DNA from: Candidatus Latescibacterota bacterium
GTDB lineage: Bacteria > Latescibacterota > UBA2968 > UBA8231
NCBI GenBank assembly: GCA_965243025.1
Contig: CBDETY010000003.1
Coordinates: 3,328,001-3,392,000, forward strand
Direction: 5' to 3'
DNA length: 64,000 nt
The notes under the pieces are model-generated. The model saw only the letters and a list, made by a program, of their open reading frames with translations, did not search any database and had not been told where the DNA came from. Both the position numbers and the translations under genes were made by a program. Within the stretch, counting starts at the first letter, position 1. Each line of letters opens with the position of its first letter. Below are positions 48,839 through 58,884 of the stretch, in pieces.

Positions 48839-50299
48839 CTAATCGCCCCCGGTCTGCGGCGGCGGCGGATAGTGCAGGCCGCGCTGGCCCGTGAGGTCGC
48901 GGTTGGAGCCGGGCGCCCATTCCCGGTCCGGCAGGCCGACGAGCCCGCCTTCCCCGACCCAGGCTTCGTCCCCGCCGTAGAGCTCCGCGGCCAGCTGCTC
49001 GCTTAGCCTGGCCCGAATTCCGGCGTGATTTTCCGAGCCGGCCAGGTCGTTGAGCTCGCCTGGATCGCTTTCGAGGTCGAAGAGCTGGACGCGGTTACCC
49101 ACCGGATAGTAGATCAGCTTGTGCCGCCCCGCGCGGATCATGCGGGTCGCGTTCCGACCTTCCCCCCATTCGCCGTACAGGTACCCGCGCCGTTCCTCGC
49201 CGATCATCGACAGGCCCTCCACCGTGCCGGGCACGTCGACGCCGGCCAGGTCGAGCAAGGTCGGCATGACGTCCTGCCAGCCGGCGAGGCGGTCGTCGAC
49301 GGCACGGTGCGGCACCCGCCCGTCCCGGCCTCCGAGCAGGATCATCGGCACGTTGGCCGACTCCTCGTGGAAGAGCCGCTTTGCCCAGAGGCCGTGGTTG
49401 CCGAGCATGTCGCCGTGGTCGGCGGTGAAGCAGATGACGGTATTTTCGAGCAGCCCCTCCTCCCGCAGGGTACCGATCACCACGCGCAGCTGGTGGTCGA
49501 TCTGGGTGCATTGCGCGTAGAAGGCGCGGCGGATGCGCAGGACCTCCGGCCCCGCAAGGTGGGCGTTGTCACCCTGGATTTCCTTGAGCGCATAAGGCAT
49601 GCTGTCGAAGTCGCGCGCCCAGGCGCCGTGGCGCGGCGGGTCGATATCGATACCGCGGTAGAGGTCGAGATAGCTCTGCAGGGGCACCAGAGGCGGGTGC
49701 GGGTGGCGGAAGGACAAGTACCAGAATCCGGGCCTGGCCGGGTCGCGCCGCTGGATCATGCGGCTCATCTTGCGCGCCGCCCAGTTGGTTGGGTGGCAGT
49801 CCTCGGGCAGGTGCCAGGGGCGGAAGGAGTACTCGTTGTTGCTCATGCCGTGGGCGAAGCCCATGCCGGCGTGCCCCTTGTCCGCCAGGAAGAGGTCGTA
49901 GTCGTCGACGGCGCCGAGGTGGGGGCGCCCCTCTTCGTCGAGGATCACGTCGTCGAAGCCGATGCGGTCGCGCTGGGGGTAGACGTGGAGCTTGCCGACG
50001 GCGTACGCCTGGTACCCGGCGCCGCGAAAGGTCTGCGCCAGGGTCGGCAGGCCGGGCATGGGCTCGGTGGTCTTGAAGACCCGGTCGCCGTGGGTGCGCG
50101 GCGCGGTGCCCGTCATCAGGGTGCGCCGCGCCGGGATGCAGACCGGGCATTCGCTGTAGGCGTTGGTGAAGCGGGTGCCGCTGCGGGCCAGCTCGTCGAG
50201 GGTGGGGGTGAGGATGGCCGGGTGGCCGGCTTCCCCGAGGAGGGAAGCGGACCAGTGGTCGGTGGTAACCAGGAGTACGTGCGGTCTGTCGTCTGCCAT
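48839..50299 (-). CDS. Sulfatase
   Basis: TDH, CIPARR (CxPxR), GKLH, PHPP, ADHGDMLG. Confidence 0.92.
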   Translation of the reverse strand: MADDRPHVLLVTTDHWSASLLGEAGHPAILTPTLDELARSGTRFTNAYSECPVCIPARRTLMTGTAPRTHGDRVFKTTEPMPGLPTLAQTFRGAGYQAYAVGKLHVYPQRDRIGFDDVILDEEGRPHLGAVDDYDLFLADKGHAGMGFAHGMSNNEYSFRPWHLPEDCHPTNWAARKMSRMIQRRDPARPGFWYLSFRHPHPPLVPLQSYLDLYRGIDIDPPRHGAWARDFDSMPYALKEIQGDNAHLAGPEVLRIRRAFYAQCTQIDHQLRVVIGTLREEGLLENTVICFTADHGDMLGNHGLWAKRLFHEESANVPMILLGGRDGRVPHRAVDDRLAGWQDVMPTLLDLAGVDVPGTVEGLSMIGEERRGYLYGEWGEGRNATRMIRAGRHKLIYYPVGNRVQLFDLESDPGELNDLAGSENHAGIRARLSEQLAAELYGGDEAWVGEGGLVGLPDREWAPGSNRDLTGQRGLHYPPPPQTGGD

Positions 50300-50309
50300 C
50301 GGCGTCTCC

Positions 50310-52082
50310 TCATGCCTCGCTGTACTGCAGCTGATGCAGGCGGGCGTAGATGCCGTCCCGGGCAAGAAGCTCTTCGTGGCGGCCCTCTTCGCGCAAACGG
50401 CCCCGGTGCAGCACGAGGATCTTGTCGGCGCCGCGGATCGTGGACAGGCGGTGGGCGATGACGATGGAGGTGCGGTCGCGCATCAGCTTTTCCACCGCCT
50501 CCTGTATCCAGCCTTCGGTCTCGGTGTCGACGTGGGCGGTCGCCTCGTCGAGCACCAGGATGTCCGGGGCCGCGGCCAGGGCGCGGGCGAAGGACAGGAG
50601 CTGGCGCTGGCCGGAAGACAGGGCCGCCCCGCGCTCCTGCACCTCGTGCCGGTAGGTGTCGGGCAGGCGCTCGATGAAGCGGTCGGCGTTGACGTAGCGG
50701 GCCGCCTGCGCCACCGCTTCGTCCGACAGTCCGGGAGCCCCGAGGCGGATGTTGCCGGCGATGTCGCCGGCGAACAGAAAGACGTCCTGCTGCACGAGGC
50801 CGAAGCGCCGCCTGAGCGCCTCCACGTTCCACTCGCGGACGTCGATGCCGTCGACCAGGATCCGGCCCCGCTGTATCTCGTAGAAGCGACACAGCAGGCT
50901 GACGATGGTGGTCTTGCCCGAGCCGGTGGCCCCGACCAGGGCGAGGCTCTGCCCGGGCGCGGCACGGAAGGAAAGGTCGCGCAGGACCCACTCTTCCCCT
51001 TCGTACGCGAACCACACATGGCGGAACTCGATGGCCCCGTCGACCCGCTCGCGGCGCACCGGACCGCCGGCCGGCTCCGGCTCGGCGTCCATCAGCTCGA
51101 AGATGCGCTCGGAGGAGGCCATGGCCACCTGCACGGTGGCGTACTCCTCGGCGAGGTTGCGGACCGGCATGAAGAAGCGGGGCACGTACTGCAGCATGGC
51201 CACCAGGACCCCCCAGGGGATCTCCTCGCGCAGCACCTCGCCGACGCCGTACCACAGCACCAGCGCTATCAGGGCGGCGCCGCACAGCTCCATGAAGGGG
51301 AAGTAGGCCGAGTGGTAGAGGGTGCGCACCAGGCGGGCGTCGAGGTACTCGTCGGTGCCCTCGTTGAAGCGGCGGGCGCTGCGCGGCTCGCAGTTGAACA
51401 GCTTGACCACCTCCATGCCCGACAGGGTCTCCTGCAGGTCGGCGCTGAAGCGGGCGAAGCGGGTGCGGGCCTCGCGGAAGGCCTGGTAGGTGCGGTTCTG
51501 CAGCCACAGGGTGGCGGCGAAGGCCACCGGCAGAAAGGCGCAGGTCAGCAGGCCCAGCTCGACGTCGAGATAGAAGAAGATGAAAAACAGGATGGAGCCG
51601 ATGGTGACGGTTTCGGTCACCAGGGAGACGGCGCCGAAGGTGAAGAACTCGTTGAGGGCGTCGACATCGCTGGTATTGCGCGCCATCAACCGGCCGATGG
51701 GGGTGCGGTCGAAGAACCTGAGCGGCAGGCCCTGCAGGCAGGTGAAGATGTTCAGGCGCACGTCGCGCATCGTCCACTGGCCGACCATGCTGGTGATCCA
51801 GCTCTGGGCGTAGCCGACGGCGAACTGGGCGACCAGCAGCGCGGCGAAGAGCAGGACCAGAGTGCCGAGGCCGTCCAGGTCGCCGGGAACGATGTGCTCG
51901 TCGACGGCGATCTTGGTCAGCACCGGGCCGGCCTGGCGGGCCAGCGAGGCGGCGAGGATGAGGAACAAGGTCCAGACCACCCAGGGCAGGTAGGGCCGCA
52001 GGAACCCCATGAGCCTTGCCACTAGGCGGAGGTCGATGGACTTGCGGTCGATCTCCCGCTCGTCGCGGATGGCCGGCGGCAT
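50310..52082 (-). CDS. ABC exporter ATP-binding/permease (MdlB-like)
   Basis: GATGSGKTT, LSSGQRQ, LDEAT. Confidence 0.92.
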   Translation of the reverse strand: MPPAIRDEREIDRKSIDLRLVARLMGFLRPYLPWVVWTLFLILAASLARQAGPVLTKIAVDEHIVPGDLDGLGTLVLLFAALLVAQFAVGYAQSWITSMVGQWTMRDVRLNIFTCLQGLPLRFFDRTPIGRLMARNTSDVDALNEFFTFGAVSLVTETVTIGSILFFIFFYLDVELGLLTCAFLPVAFAATLWLQNRTYQAFREARTRFARFSADLQETLSGMEVVKLFNCEPRSARRFNEGTDEYLDARLVRTLYHSAYFPFMELCGAALIALVLWYGVGEVLREEIPWGVLVAMLQYVPRFFMPVRNLAEEYATVQVAMASSERIFELMDAEPEPAGGPVRRERVDGAIEFRHVWFAYEGEEWVLRDLSFRAAPGQSLALVGATGSGKTTIVSLLCRFYEIQRGRILVDGIDVREWNVEALRRRFGLVQQDVFLFAGDIAGNIRLGAPGLSDEAVAQAARYVNADRFIERLPDTYRHEVQERGAALSSGQRQLLSFARALAAAPDILVLDEATAHVDTETEGWIQEAVEKLMRDRTSIVIAHRLSTIRGADKILVLHRGRLREEGRHEELLARDGIYARLHQLQYSEA

Positions 52083-53827
52083 CAGAAATCCCCCAGTTCC
52101 TCGGTGAGGTGCTGGCGGCGGTACATGTCGGCGTAGAGGCCGCCGCGTGCGAGCAGTTCGCCGTGGGTGCCCTCCTCGACGACGCGCCCCTCGTCGAGGA
52201 CGATGATGCGGTCGGCGGCCATGACGGTGGAGAGGCGGTGGGCGATGAGGATGGTGGTGCGCTCGGCCATGATGCCGCGCAGGCGCTCGAGGATACGCTC
52301 TTCGGTGCGGGTATCGACGTTGGCGAGGGCGTCGTCGAGGATGAGGATCTTCGGTTTCCGCGCCACCGACCGGGCCAGGGCGGTGCGCTGCTTCTGCCCG
52401 CCGGACAGGGTGACGCCGCGCTCGCCGACGACGGTGTCCAGCCCATCGGGAAAGGTCTCGAGGTCGGCGGTCAGCTGCGCCGCCTCGACGGCGCGCTCGA
52501 CCTCGTCCGGGGGGGCCGAGTCGAGGGCGATGTTGTCGCGGATGCTCTCCGAGAACAGGAAGGTGTCCTGCGGCACGTAGCCGATGGCGTCGCGGAAGGC
52601 CCTCATCGGCATCTGCTCGACCGGTCTGCCGTCGATGAGGACCTCCCCCTCCCCGGCCTGGATGAGGCGGGGGATGAGCCGGGCCAGGGTGCTCTTGCCC
52701 GACCCGACGCGGCCGACGACGGCCAGGGTGCTGCCGGCGGGAACGCGGACGTCGATGTCGCGCAGCACGGTGCGGCCGTCGTACGCGAAGGAGGCGCCGC
52801 GGAACTCGATTTCCCCCCTGATCGCCAGGCCGCTATCCCCGTACAGATCGGCCTGGGGCTCTTCCCCGAGCACGGACTCGATGCGCAGCATGGAGGCCAT
52901 GGCGCGCTGGTACTCGTCGACGATGCGCCCCATCATCATCATCGGGCGGCTTATGCGTATCAGGTAGGCGTTGAAGGCGACGAACGCCCCCAGGCTGAGG
53001 GTTCCCTCGACGACGCGGGTGCCCCCCAGCCACAGGATGAACACCATCGACAGCCCGCTGATCAGGAAGGTGAAGGGAAAGAAGGTGCTGTAGAGGTAGA
53101 TCAGGCGGCGGTTGCGTTCGACGTACTCGTCGTTGAGCCGGGTGAAGCGCTCGATCTCGCCGCGGCGGCGGGCGAACGCCTTGACCACGCGCATGCCGGC
53201 GAGGCTCTCCTGCAGGCAGGTGCTGATGGCGGCGAACTGCTCCTGCACCCTGCGGTAGCGCCGGCGCACCTTGCCGCCCACCAGGCGCAGGATCACCACC
53301 ATGACCGGCATCGGCAGCAAGGCGAACAGGGCCAGCTCCCAGTCGTAGAGGCACATCGCCGTCATGCTCAGGCCGAAGCCGAGCAGGGCGCTGAGGAACA
53401 TGCGGAAGCCGTGGCTGAGGTAGCGCTGCACCGCCTCGACGTCGTTGGTCGCCCGGGCCATCAGGTCGCCGGTGCGGGCCTGCTGGAAGTAGCCGAGGGG
53501 CAGGGTGAGCAGGTGGGCGAAATAGCGCTGGCGGATGTCCCGCTCGACGCGGTAGGAGGTGGCGGCCAGGTGCCAGCGCATGCCGAAGGCCATGCCCCAC
53601 TGCGCCAGACCGAGGCCGACGATGAGGGCTGCGTAGCGGGGCAGGAAAGCCAGGTCCGGCGCGGCCTGCTCCAGGCTCGCCCGGGCCTGGTTGATGGCGC
53701 GTTCGAGGAGGAGGGGGATGGAGACGGCGACGAGCTGTTCGCCCAGCAGAAAGCCCAGGCCCGCGGCCAGGGCCCAGCGGTAGGGGCGGAGAAAGGAGGC
53801 GAACGGCTTGAAGGGATTCAGGCTCAT
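52082..53827 (-). CDS. ABC exporter ATP-binding/permease (MdlA-like)
   Basis: GRVGSGKST, LSGGQKQR, degenerate LDDAL; heterodimer partner of the downstream gene. Confidence 0.92.
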   Translation of the reverse strand: MSLNPFKPFASFLRPYRWALAAGLGFLLGEQLVAVSIPLLLERAINQARASLEQAAPDLAFLPRYAALIVGLGLAQWGMAFGMRWHLAATSYRVERDIRQRYFAHLLTLPLGYFQQARTGDLMARATNDVEAVQRYLSHGFRMFLSALLGFGLSMTAMCLYDWELALFALLPMPVMVVILRLVGGKVRRRYRRVQEQFAAISTCLQESLAGMRVVKAFARRRGEIERFTRLNDEYVERNRRLIYLYSTFFPFTFLISGLSMVFILWLGGTRVVEGTLSLGAFVAFNAYLIRISRPMMMMGRIVDEYQRAMASMLRIESVLGEEPQADLYGDSGLAIRGEIEFRGASFAYDGRTVLRDIDVRVPAGSTLAVVGRVGSGKSTLARLIPRLIQAGEGEVLIDGRPVEQMPMRAFRDAIGYVPQDTFLFSESIRDNIALDSAPPDEVERAVEAAQLTADLETFPDGLDTVVGERGVTLSGGQKQRTALARSVARKPKILILDDALANVDTRTEERILERLRGIMAERTTILIAHRLSTVMAADRIIVLDEGRVVEEGTHGELLARGGLYADMYRRQHLTEELGDF

Positions 53828-53946
53828 GCGCGGGTTTGCGGCCGCCGGTTCATCTTCAGTCCGCCGGAAAATCCTTCAAGGCAGTGCCGCCCCGGGAAAA
53901 AGCACGCTCCCCCGAATGGCCGCCGGCAGGTACGACGGTCCGGGGC

Positions 53947-54753
53947 TCAGGGGGAGTGGTCGGTGTCGATCGGCGCCTCGTCGTTGGCCAGGAAGCGCTC
54001 CTCGGTATTGTGGGTCGCCGGGACGGTGCGGAAGTCGGCGATCCAGGGCTGGCGGAAATAGACCTGCTTTTCGCGCGGCAGGCCCTGCAGCACCGCCGGG
54101 GGGATCCTCAGCCTGTGCCAGTGGGTGGCCAGGTGCGAGTAGGCGTGCAGGACGGTGACTCTCGGGGTGTCGCGGCGCCACACCGGTCCGGCGTGGCCGA
54201 GGTTCTCGGTGAAGAAAACGGCGCTGCCGGCAGGGCAGGCGTAGGTGGCGAGGAAGGGGCTGCGCCTGCCTTCCTCCAGCGACAGGTGGTCTTCGTGCAG
54301 GGCGAACTCCGACTTGTGGCTGCCGATGAGGAAATGGGTGCTCTGGTCCTCCATGGCGATGTCGGTCAGCTCGAAGATGACCCGCACCATGCCGGCGTGG
54401 ATGCGCCCGTTCTTGACGCGGTAGCCGAAGATGGGGTCGGCCTGCCTGGGGCCGCCTCCGTGCAGCGGGCCGTGCTCCTCCCCTTTGCTGCGCCAGACGC
54501 AGCTGCAGCTTTCCATCCGGATGTCGGGCCCGATCACATCGCGGATCACGTCGATCACCCGGGGATGGTCGATCAGCACACTGGCGGGCCCGCCGGGCAC
54601 GTCGCGGTGCTCGGGCGGCAGCGATTCGGGGTCGTGCTTGATGCGGTCGACCTGGTCGACGATGGCGGCGACCTCGGAAGGGGTGAGGATGGCGGGCCGC
54701 ACCAGGAATCCGGTGAGGTCGAAGCGGAAGCGCTCTTCTTCTGTCATGGCCAT
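53947..54753 (-). CDS. Phytanoyl-CoA dioxygenase family protein
   Basis: MTEEERFRFDLTGFL, LHGG, GSHKS, AGSAVFFTENLGH..W; AGGAG RBS. Confidence 0.8.
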   Translation of the reverse strand: MAMTEEERFRFDLTGFLVRPAILTPSEVAAIVDQVDRIKHDPESLPPEHRDVPGGPASVLIDHPRVIDVIRDVIGPDIRMESCSCVWRSKGEEHGPLHGGGPRQADPIFGYRVKNGRIHAGMVRVIFELTDIAMEDQSTHFLIGSHKSEFALHEDHLSLEEGRRSPFLATYACPAGSAVFFTENLGHAGPVWRRDTPRVTVLHAYSHLATHWHRLRIPPAVLQGLPREKQVYFRQPWIADFRTVPATHNTEERFLANDEAPIDTDHSP

Positions 54754-54799
54754 GCAGTTCTCTCCTGTGAAGCGTTTCTCCAACGGGAACGGTCCGGGA

Positions 54800-56266
54800 T
54801 CACGGCTCTTCACCTTCCACTCTGGAATTCGTCCCTGGGGCAGGCGTCCGCGCATCGACCAGCCACTCGACGGCAGCGACCTGGCCCTGGCGGGCGTAGT
54901 CGGCCGCTTCGCCGAGAACGCGGGCGGCCTCCTGCGGAGCGTGGAAGCCCATGGAATTCTCCGCGGCCACGAAATCGAGCCGCCACTGCGCCTTGCGCTG
55001 CAGGGCCAGGGCCGCTTCCAGGTCGTCGTCTCCGGCGCCGGCGGCGCGCGCCCTCGCCATGGCGTCGAGCTGGTCCATGAGCGCCGCGCCGGCCCGCTGC
55101 AGGAGGTCGAAGTTGCGCTGCTGGATGGCGTCGGCCCGGGCCGCGAGCTCGGCCTCGGAGAAAGAGTGGCAGACCTGGCAGGCGCGGTTGATGTTCAGCA
55201 GCGGGCTGCGCACCCAGTGGTCGGAGATTTTGGCGGCTCCGTCGCGCATGTAGGGCATGTGGCAGTCGGCGCAGGAGACGCCGCTGCGCGCGTGGATGCC
55301 CTGGCTCCAGAGCTCGAATTCCGGGTGCTGCGCCTTGAGGACTTTCGCCCCCGTCTCCTTGTGGACGTAGTCGAAAAACCCGCTGCCATCCTCCAGGGTC
55401 ATGGCGTCCCAGAACGCTTCCATTTCCTCTGCCTTCAGGCCGTTTCCCCAGGGAAAAGTCAGCTTCGCCCCGCTGCCGCAGTAGTACTCGACGTGGCACT
55501 GGCCGCAGGTGAACGAGCGCATCTCGTTGCGGCTGGCGCTGGCGTTGGGGTCGTAGGGGCGGTCGCGGCTTCCCCGCCGCCAGCGTTCCAGCGACGGCAG
55601 GTGCGGGACCGGGGCGTCGGAGGCGGCCAGCATCCGGATGCCCTGGATGAACCCGGGCCGGGTGATGCGCAGCTGCATGGTCTCCGGGTCGTGGCAATCG
55701 ACGCACGATACCGGGTGGGCGTGTCCGGCGTCGTGCAGCATCCGGTTGAGCTCGCCGTAGGAATAGGCGTAGGAGCGCTCGAAGCCCGCCGTGGCGTCGC
55801 CGTCTCCAAGCTGCCGGTAGAGGGGCATGATGGAGGCGTGGCAGTGCAGGCAGGAGCCGGACTGGGGCCTGGATTGCCGCCCGGTCTGCTCCTGGTCGTA
55901 GAGCATGTAGGCGTGGCCGCGCCGGTCGCGGTAGTCGAGGGAGAACGCGTACCCGAGGAACATCCGGCGCAGCCAGGGGTCGCGTTCGATCTTCTGCGCG
56001 GGCAGGGCCTCGCTGCCTCCGTGTCCGCCGAAGCGCGTGCGCGTCGCCTCGGCGGTCCGCTTGTAGCTGTCGTACTGCCGCGGCCAGTTGATGCCCCAAT
56101 GGGCCGGGTCGGTGTCCTCCTCCCCGACTTCCACCAGGCGCACCTCCCCTCTACGCCCTTCCTCCTTGCGTTCGAACATGCTGACCAGCAGCCCGGTGAG
56201 GAGGGCGCTGGCAACGGCCGCCAGGCCCAGAAGGAGGATGGCTTTCCAGGGTATTTTTCGAAACAT
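54800..56266 (-). CDS. nrfA: Ammonia-forming cytochrome c nitrite reductase catalytic subunit (CxxCH variant)
   Basis: RGHAY, five hemes [47 protein letters not shown]. Confidence 0.93.
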   Translation of the reverse strand: MFRKIPWKAILLLGLAAVASALLTGLLVSMFERKEEGRRGEVRLVEVGEEDTDPAHWGINWPRQYDSYKRTAEATRTRFGGHGGSEALPAQKIERDPWLRRMFLGYAFSLDYRDRRGHAYMLYDQEQTGRQSRPQSGSCLHCHASIMPLYRQLGDGDATAGFERSYAYSYGELNRMLHDAGHAHPVSCVDCHDPETMQLRITRPGFIQGIRMLAASDAPVPHLPSLERWRRGSRDRPYDPNASASRNEMRSFTCGQCHVEYYCGSGAKLTFPWGNGLKAEEMEAFWDAMTLEDGSGFFDYVHKETGAKVLKAQHPEFELWSQGIHARSGVSCADCHMPYMRDGAAKISDHWVRSPLLNINRACQVCHSFSEAELAARADAIQQRNFDLLQRAGAALMDQLDAMARARAAGAGDDDLEAALALQRKAQWRLDFVAAENSMGFHAPQEAARVLGEAADYARQGQVAAVEWLVDARTPAPGTNSRVEGEEP

Positions 56267-56269
56267 CGG

Positions 56270-56752
56270 CTATTCGGCGTTGTGGACGGTCTCCGGGCCG
56301 CCCAGGCCGACCCACTCCCCGTGTCCGGCGGTGCGGTGGCAGTGGACGCAGCTCACCGCTCCGGTATCGACGATCCGGTGGACGAAGGCGCCGTGACACG
56401 ACAGGCAGTTCTGCTGCAGGATGCGGCTGTTTTTCTCTTTGATGACGATCGGCTCGGGGAAGTTCTGGAAGACAAAGGCGGTGGAGTGATTCCAGCCGTT
56501 TTCCGCCTTGGCCAGGTACCTGCCCGGGAAGCTGCGCGGCAGGTGGCAATCGACGCAATCGGCCGCGGCGTGGTGACTGGATTTACGGTAGGAGTCCAGT
56601 TGGGGTCTCATGATGTGGCAGTTGGCGCATGCGTCCGGGTCCGTGCTGAAGTAGGACAGGCCCTCTCCGTAATGGAAGGTAAAGGCTCCGACCCCGGTCA
56701 AAACGGCCAGCCACATCAGTCCGAACCGTATCCAGGGGCTTGTTGGATGCAT
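56270..56752 (-). CDS. nrfH: Cytochrome c nitrite reductase small subunit
   Basis: TM anchor, CANCHIM, CVDCHLP, KAENG, CLSCH, CVHCH. Confidence 0.92.
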   Translation of the reverse strand: MHPTSPWIRFGLMWLAVLTGVGAFTFHYGEGLSYFSTDPDACANCHIMRPQLDSYRKSSHHAAADCVDCHLPRSFPGRYLAKAENGWNHSTAFVFQNFPEPIVIKEKNSRILQQNCLSCHGAFVHRIVDTGAVSCVHCHRTAGHGEWVGLGGPETVHNAE

Positions 56753-56993
56753 GGATTATTCCGGCTGCCTGCTCGGGAAACCGGCGCCCAAAATAGAGCA
56801 TGAACGGGCGGGAAAAGAAACGACGGAAGATCGAACCAGCTGATCCAACTTCCCCGGGATTTCCCCGGCCCGGAAAAACCGGCATGTTTTCTGCAGAAGG
56901 ATTCCGCCTCGCCCGGACTCCCCTGGAACGGGCGCACCGCAAGCGAGGGACCGTCTTTTTCAGTCGTTGGAACAGGAGAAGGAAAAGGAGAAA

Positions 56994-57542
56994 GTGAATG
57001 TTTCGTCGGTTTTTTCGGCAACAGTGGCAGGAGCGGTTTTGACGATGGGTTATTCAGAGAGTATTGCCGGAGAGGGGGGCATTTCAGAGGGAGAAATCCT
57101 CGAAGCCCAGAAAAAATGGAGCGATGCGATCGTCGCCATCGGGGAGGCGTACACCCGGGAAACGGACTACAGGGCGCTGGCGGAAGAAACCGTCGATACC
57201 CTGTACGGTTATGCTCAAGGAGCGGTGCTGTTCAAGCCGACGAAGGCGGCCGAAAAGCAGTTCCGTTCAGCGAGGGAAGAGGCGCTCTCCTACTTCGTGA
57301 CCGGTTCGGTGCCCGAGGACCGCGGGTTTGCCATCCAGCCCTGGAGCAGGGTCCGGTTCGAGAACGCCGGATTCATCATCGGCGGCGGCTCGGCCATCGC
57401 CATGGGCAACTACTGGTTCACTGACGCCAACACCGGAGAAGAAGCCCGGGTGGAGTTCACGTTCGGCTACTTCAGGGACGGGGACGGCGCCCTGCGCATC
57501 AACCTCCACCACTCCTCGTTCCCTTACCAGCCCGGGCATTGA
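56994..57542 (+). CDS. COG4337-type (iota-class-like) carbonic anhydrase, NTF2-like fold
   Basis: EAQKKW, YGY..G.VLFKPT, ALSYFV, ED.GFA..PW, AMGNY.F, LRINLHHSS.PY; start uncertain. Confidence 0.75.
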   Translation: MNVSSVFSATVAGAVLTMGYSESIAGEGGISEGEILEAQKKWSDAIVAIGEAYTRETDYRALAEETVDTLYGYAQGAVLFKPTKAAEKQFRSAREEALSYFVTGSVPEDRGFAIQPWSRVRFENAGFIIGGGSAIAMGNYWFTDANTGEEARVEFTFGYFRDGDGALRINLHHSSFPYQPGH

Positions 57543-57715
57543 TCGGGGCCGGCGGCTCCCGGGGCAGGGTGAACCGGACCTTCTCCCCGGCTCCGGCCGC
57601 CTCGCCGCCGGTGCCCCGGTCCTGCTGAATCCAGCCCCTGCCGGGGCCGCCTCCGAACCGAAGCGGAGCCGGCGGCCATGGCTTCCGCCGACCATGGCCG
57701 CGCTCCGGCAAGGCG

Positions 57716-58528
57716 TTACTCGACCACCACCAGCACCGCCTCTCCCTTCAGGATCTCGTTGACGATGGTGACCTGGGTGCCCTCTTCGCTCACCTCCACC
57801 GTGTAGTCCTTCTTCTTTTTCAGCTTGCCCGTCCGGGCGATCAGCTCCTTCAGCTTCTGATCCGAACCCAGGGCCAGCGGCTCGCCGATGGCCAGGTATT
57901 CGACCTGGTAATCGTCTCCGGGTTTCTGGACCAGTTTGTACCCCTTGCGGAAGAAACGCCTGCCCGTCTCCAGGAACCCCTCCTCCTTGAGGCGGTCCTC
58001 GGTGCCCACGACAACGCGCACCGCGGTTTTCGCCTGGTCCAGCTCCGCTTCCGTTTCCTCGATTTTCCTGGTGGCATCCTCCAGCTCCTGAGAAAGCTGC
58101 CAGGTCAGGTCCCTCTGGTCCCGCAGGGCCGAGGTCAGGCTGTCGGACGAGATGATCAGCCGGTCGATTGCCGCCGCGTCGGCCTCCTTCTCCTCCTGCA
58201 GCATGGTGATCGCCTCCTGCAGCTCGACGTTCATGCGGCGGCGTTTCTCCGCCAGGGAGCGGTATTTCTTCACTTCCTTGTTGAGCTGCTGGTTCTTCTC
58301 CTGCAGGACCATCTCGAACTTTTCGAGGCTGTCGAGCTGGGTCTGCAGGGTGGTGAGCTGAGCCTGCGAGGTGCCCACCTCGATCTGGAGCGAGTCGATG
58401 CGGGCGGCGCTCTCCTCGATCTTCTGGTTGTATTCCCGTCTCTGCTTCTCGAGCTCGCTTTCGCCGCATGCGGTCAGGCCGAGGCAGAGGAGCAAGGCCA
58501 CGAAAGAACCGGAAAATTTCTTATGCAT
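57716..58528 (-). CDS. Coiled-coil lipoprotein
   Basis: LTAC lipobox, long heptad region, C-terminal VVGTEDRLKEEGFL domain resembling Bacteroidota Cbp1-like proteins. Confidence 0.65.
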   Translation of the reverse strand: MHKKFSGSFVALLLCLGLTACGESELEKQRREYNQKIEESAARIDSLQIEVGTSQAQLTTLQTQLDSLEKFEMVLQEKNQQLNKEVKKYRSLAEKRRRMNVELQEAITMLQEEKEADAAAIDRLIISSDSLTSALRDQRDLTWQLSQELEDATRKIEETEAELDQAKTAVRVVVGTEDRLKEEGFLETGRRFFRKGYKLVQKPGDDYQVEYLAIGEPLALGSDQKLKELIARTGKLKKKKDYTVEVSEEGTQVTIVNEILKGEAVLVVVE

Positions 58529-58884
58529 CCGATCATCTCCCAGGTTGGGGGTTTGGAGTTCGAAGTCCGGAAACCGGAACAACAAATAGTGTTTTACAAC
58601 TACCGGGGGGGACCGAGCGGCAAGGCCGCGCATCGGATCGTCTCCCAAGGTGGGGGTTGGGGTTTGCGTTCGGAACCGCACAACTAGGAATCGATTCTAT
58701 CCATGGTCAAGCTTCCCCGGACCGTGGGCAAGCTTGCGGCCGCAGACATGGGGCCATGAGTCGCGGGCGTCCCCCGGGGCTGTTCACACCCTGGAAACCC
58801 TTGCTTCGCAAGGGTGCCGGCGCCGGCGACTGACGAGGTGTCCGCAGAGGAGGAACGTCCCGGGGTCCGGGCCGCCACCTCAGG

